A stretch of DNA of 64,000 nt. It comes from Octopus sinensis (lineage: Eukaryota). The translations under genes were made by a program, and so were the position numbers. Positions 62,895-64,000 of this stretch are shown here, piece after piece. Position 1 is the stretch's first letter; the number at the start of each line of letters is the position of its first letter. Below the pieces are notes generated by a model. It did no database searches, was not told where the DNA came from, and saw nothing but the letters and a program-made list of their open reading frames with translations. The stretch is taken from the NCBI RefSeq assembly GCF_006345805.1, contig NC_043007.1:41168001-41232000 (forward strand). Direction: 5' to 3'.

Positions 62895-62911
62895 CAATAA
62901 TAATAATAATA
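62637..62911. repeat. Compound trinucleotide microsatellite (ATT)n(ACC)n(ACT)n(AAT)n
   Basis: Directly visible, ~275 bp. Confidence 0.95.
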
Positions 62912-64000
62912 GATATGAAATTTGGATTAGAAAAATGCGCCAAAGTAACCATGAAAAGAGGAAAACTAGTTAAGAGTAACAACATCACACTAGATAAAAC
63001 CAATGAAATAAAAGAATTAGACCAAAGCCAAACTTACAAATACTTAGGAATCCATGAACTAGATAAGACACAACACACACAAATGAAAGAGAAAATAAAA
63101 AAAGAATATTATAGACGAGTTAGATCAATACTAAAAACAGAGCTCAATGCTAAAAACAAGATAATAGGTATCAACACTTTAGCTGTCCCAGTTATAAGTT
63201 ACAGCTACAATATCCTTAACTGGACACGAAATGAACTGTCCAAAATAGATAGGAAAACAAGAAAAATACTGACAGGATCTAGGATGCATCACCCAAAATC
63301 TGACATAGAAAGACTATATATGCAACGTACAGAAGGTGGTAGAGGCCTTATACAGCTGGAAAACTACTATAAAATAACCACCATAGGACTGCAAAAATAC
63401 CTACTTCAGAAGGAAGGAAAACTGATCCAGATAGCAGCAAAACACGAGCAAAACAAAAAACTGTTCTCAGTATTTAAGGAAGCTAACAAATACTAACAAG
63501 AAATCATACCACCTAATAAACACAAAGAAGAAGAAGAAGATGATGAAGAAACAACAAAAGCTATAAAACAAATGAAATCCAAACTAAAAATAGAACAGCA
63601 ACGAGCCATGATAAAACGATGGCAAGAAAAGCCCCTTCATGGTAAATACTGCACTAAACTAAACGCAAAAGAAATAGACAAAGAAAAATCCCAGCAATGG
63701 TTGAGAAGCTCAGGACTCAAAGCAGAAACAGAGGGATTTTTAATTGCAGCACAAGACCAAAGCCTCCCCACCAGAAATTACCAAAAACATGTAATGAAAA
63801 GAAATATTACAAGTAACTGCAGAATATGTGGAGATGGACAAGAAACAATAAATCATATTATCTCTAGCTGCCCAGTCCTGGCTAGAGTTGGAACCTACAT
63901 ACATTGGAAGCTATGCCAACATTATGGAATAACAACAGAAAAAAGATGGTATAGGCACACACCAGAAAAGGTCACAGAAAACGAGAAAGCAACCATACTC
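62909..64000 (+). mobile_element. 5'-truncated R4/Dong-like non-LTR retrotransposon (RT C-terminal part plus CCHC finger), runs off the window
   Basis: MKFGLEKCAKV, YKYLGI, RLY-x-x-R-x-EGGRGL, LIAAQDQSL, CRICGDGQETINHIISSCPVLA. Premature TAA at 63494-63496. Confidence 0.85.

Noticed and set aside
62581-62911. Poly-Ile/Thr/Val N-terminal parts of ORFs 62606..63496 and 62581..63003
   Set aside because: Stop-free trinucleotide microsatellite; only the part after ~62909 is real (LINE) coding relic.

Overview
AT-rich eukaryotic (animal) genomic DNA packed with SINEs, LINE fragments, DNA transposons and microsatellites. The repeat families look like those of octopus or other coleoid cephalopods (inference from recall, not verified). 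One host protein-coding gene is clear: the DNA polymerase delta catalytic subunit POLD1 on the minus strand. I reconstructed it by hand as 24 coding exons (41182 to 3619, all GT-AG introns, 3306 nt, 1101 aa) with intact ExoI/II/III, polymerase regions I/II/III and CysA/CysB motifs. A CpG-richer upstream region (~42.3-45.1 kb) carries an overlapping E2F/YY1 site next to a candidate non-coding first exon. The rest is transposon-derived: two Helitron helicase relics and several non-autonomous Helitrons, three Tc1/mariner relics, piggyBac-, hAT- and Merlin-like MITEs, RTE/CR1/R4-Dong LINE fragments, a 114-bp solo LTR and Penelope-like terminal repeats. The most notable unannotated signals are four hammerhead ribozyme motifs, one intact and in the sense orientation of POLD1 intron 2, plus several long intronic hairpins. 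All coordinates were read by eye and may be off by a few bases.
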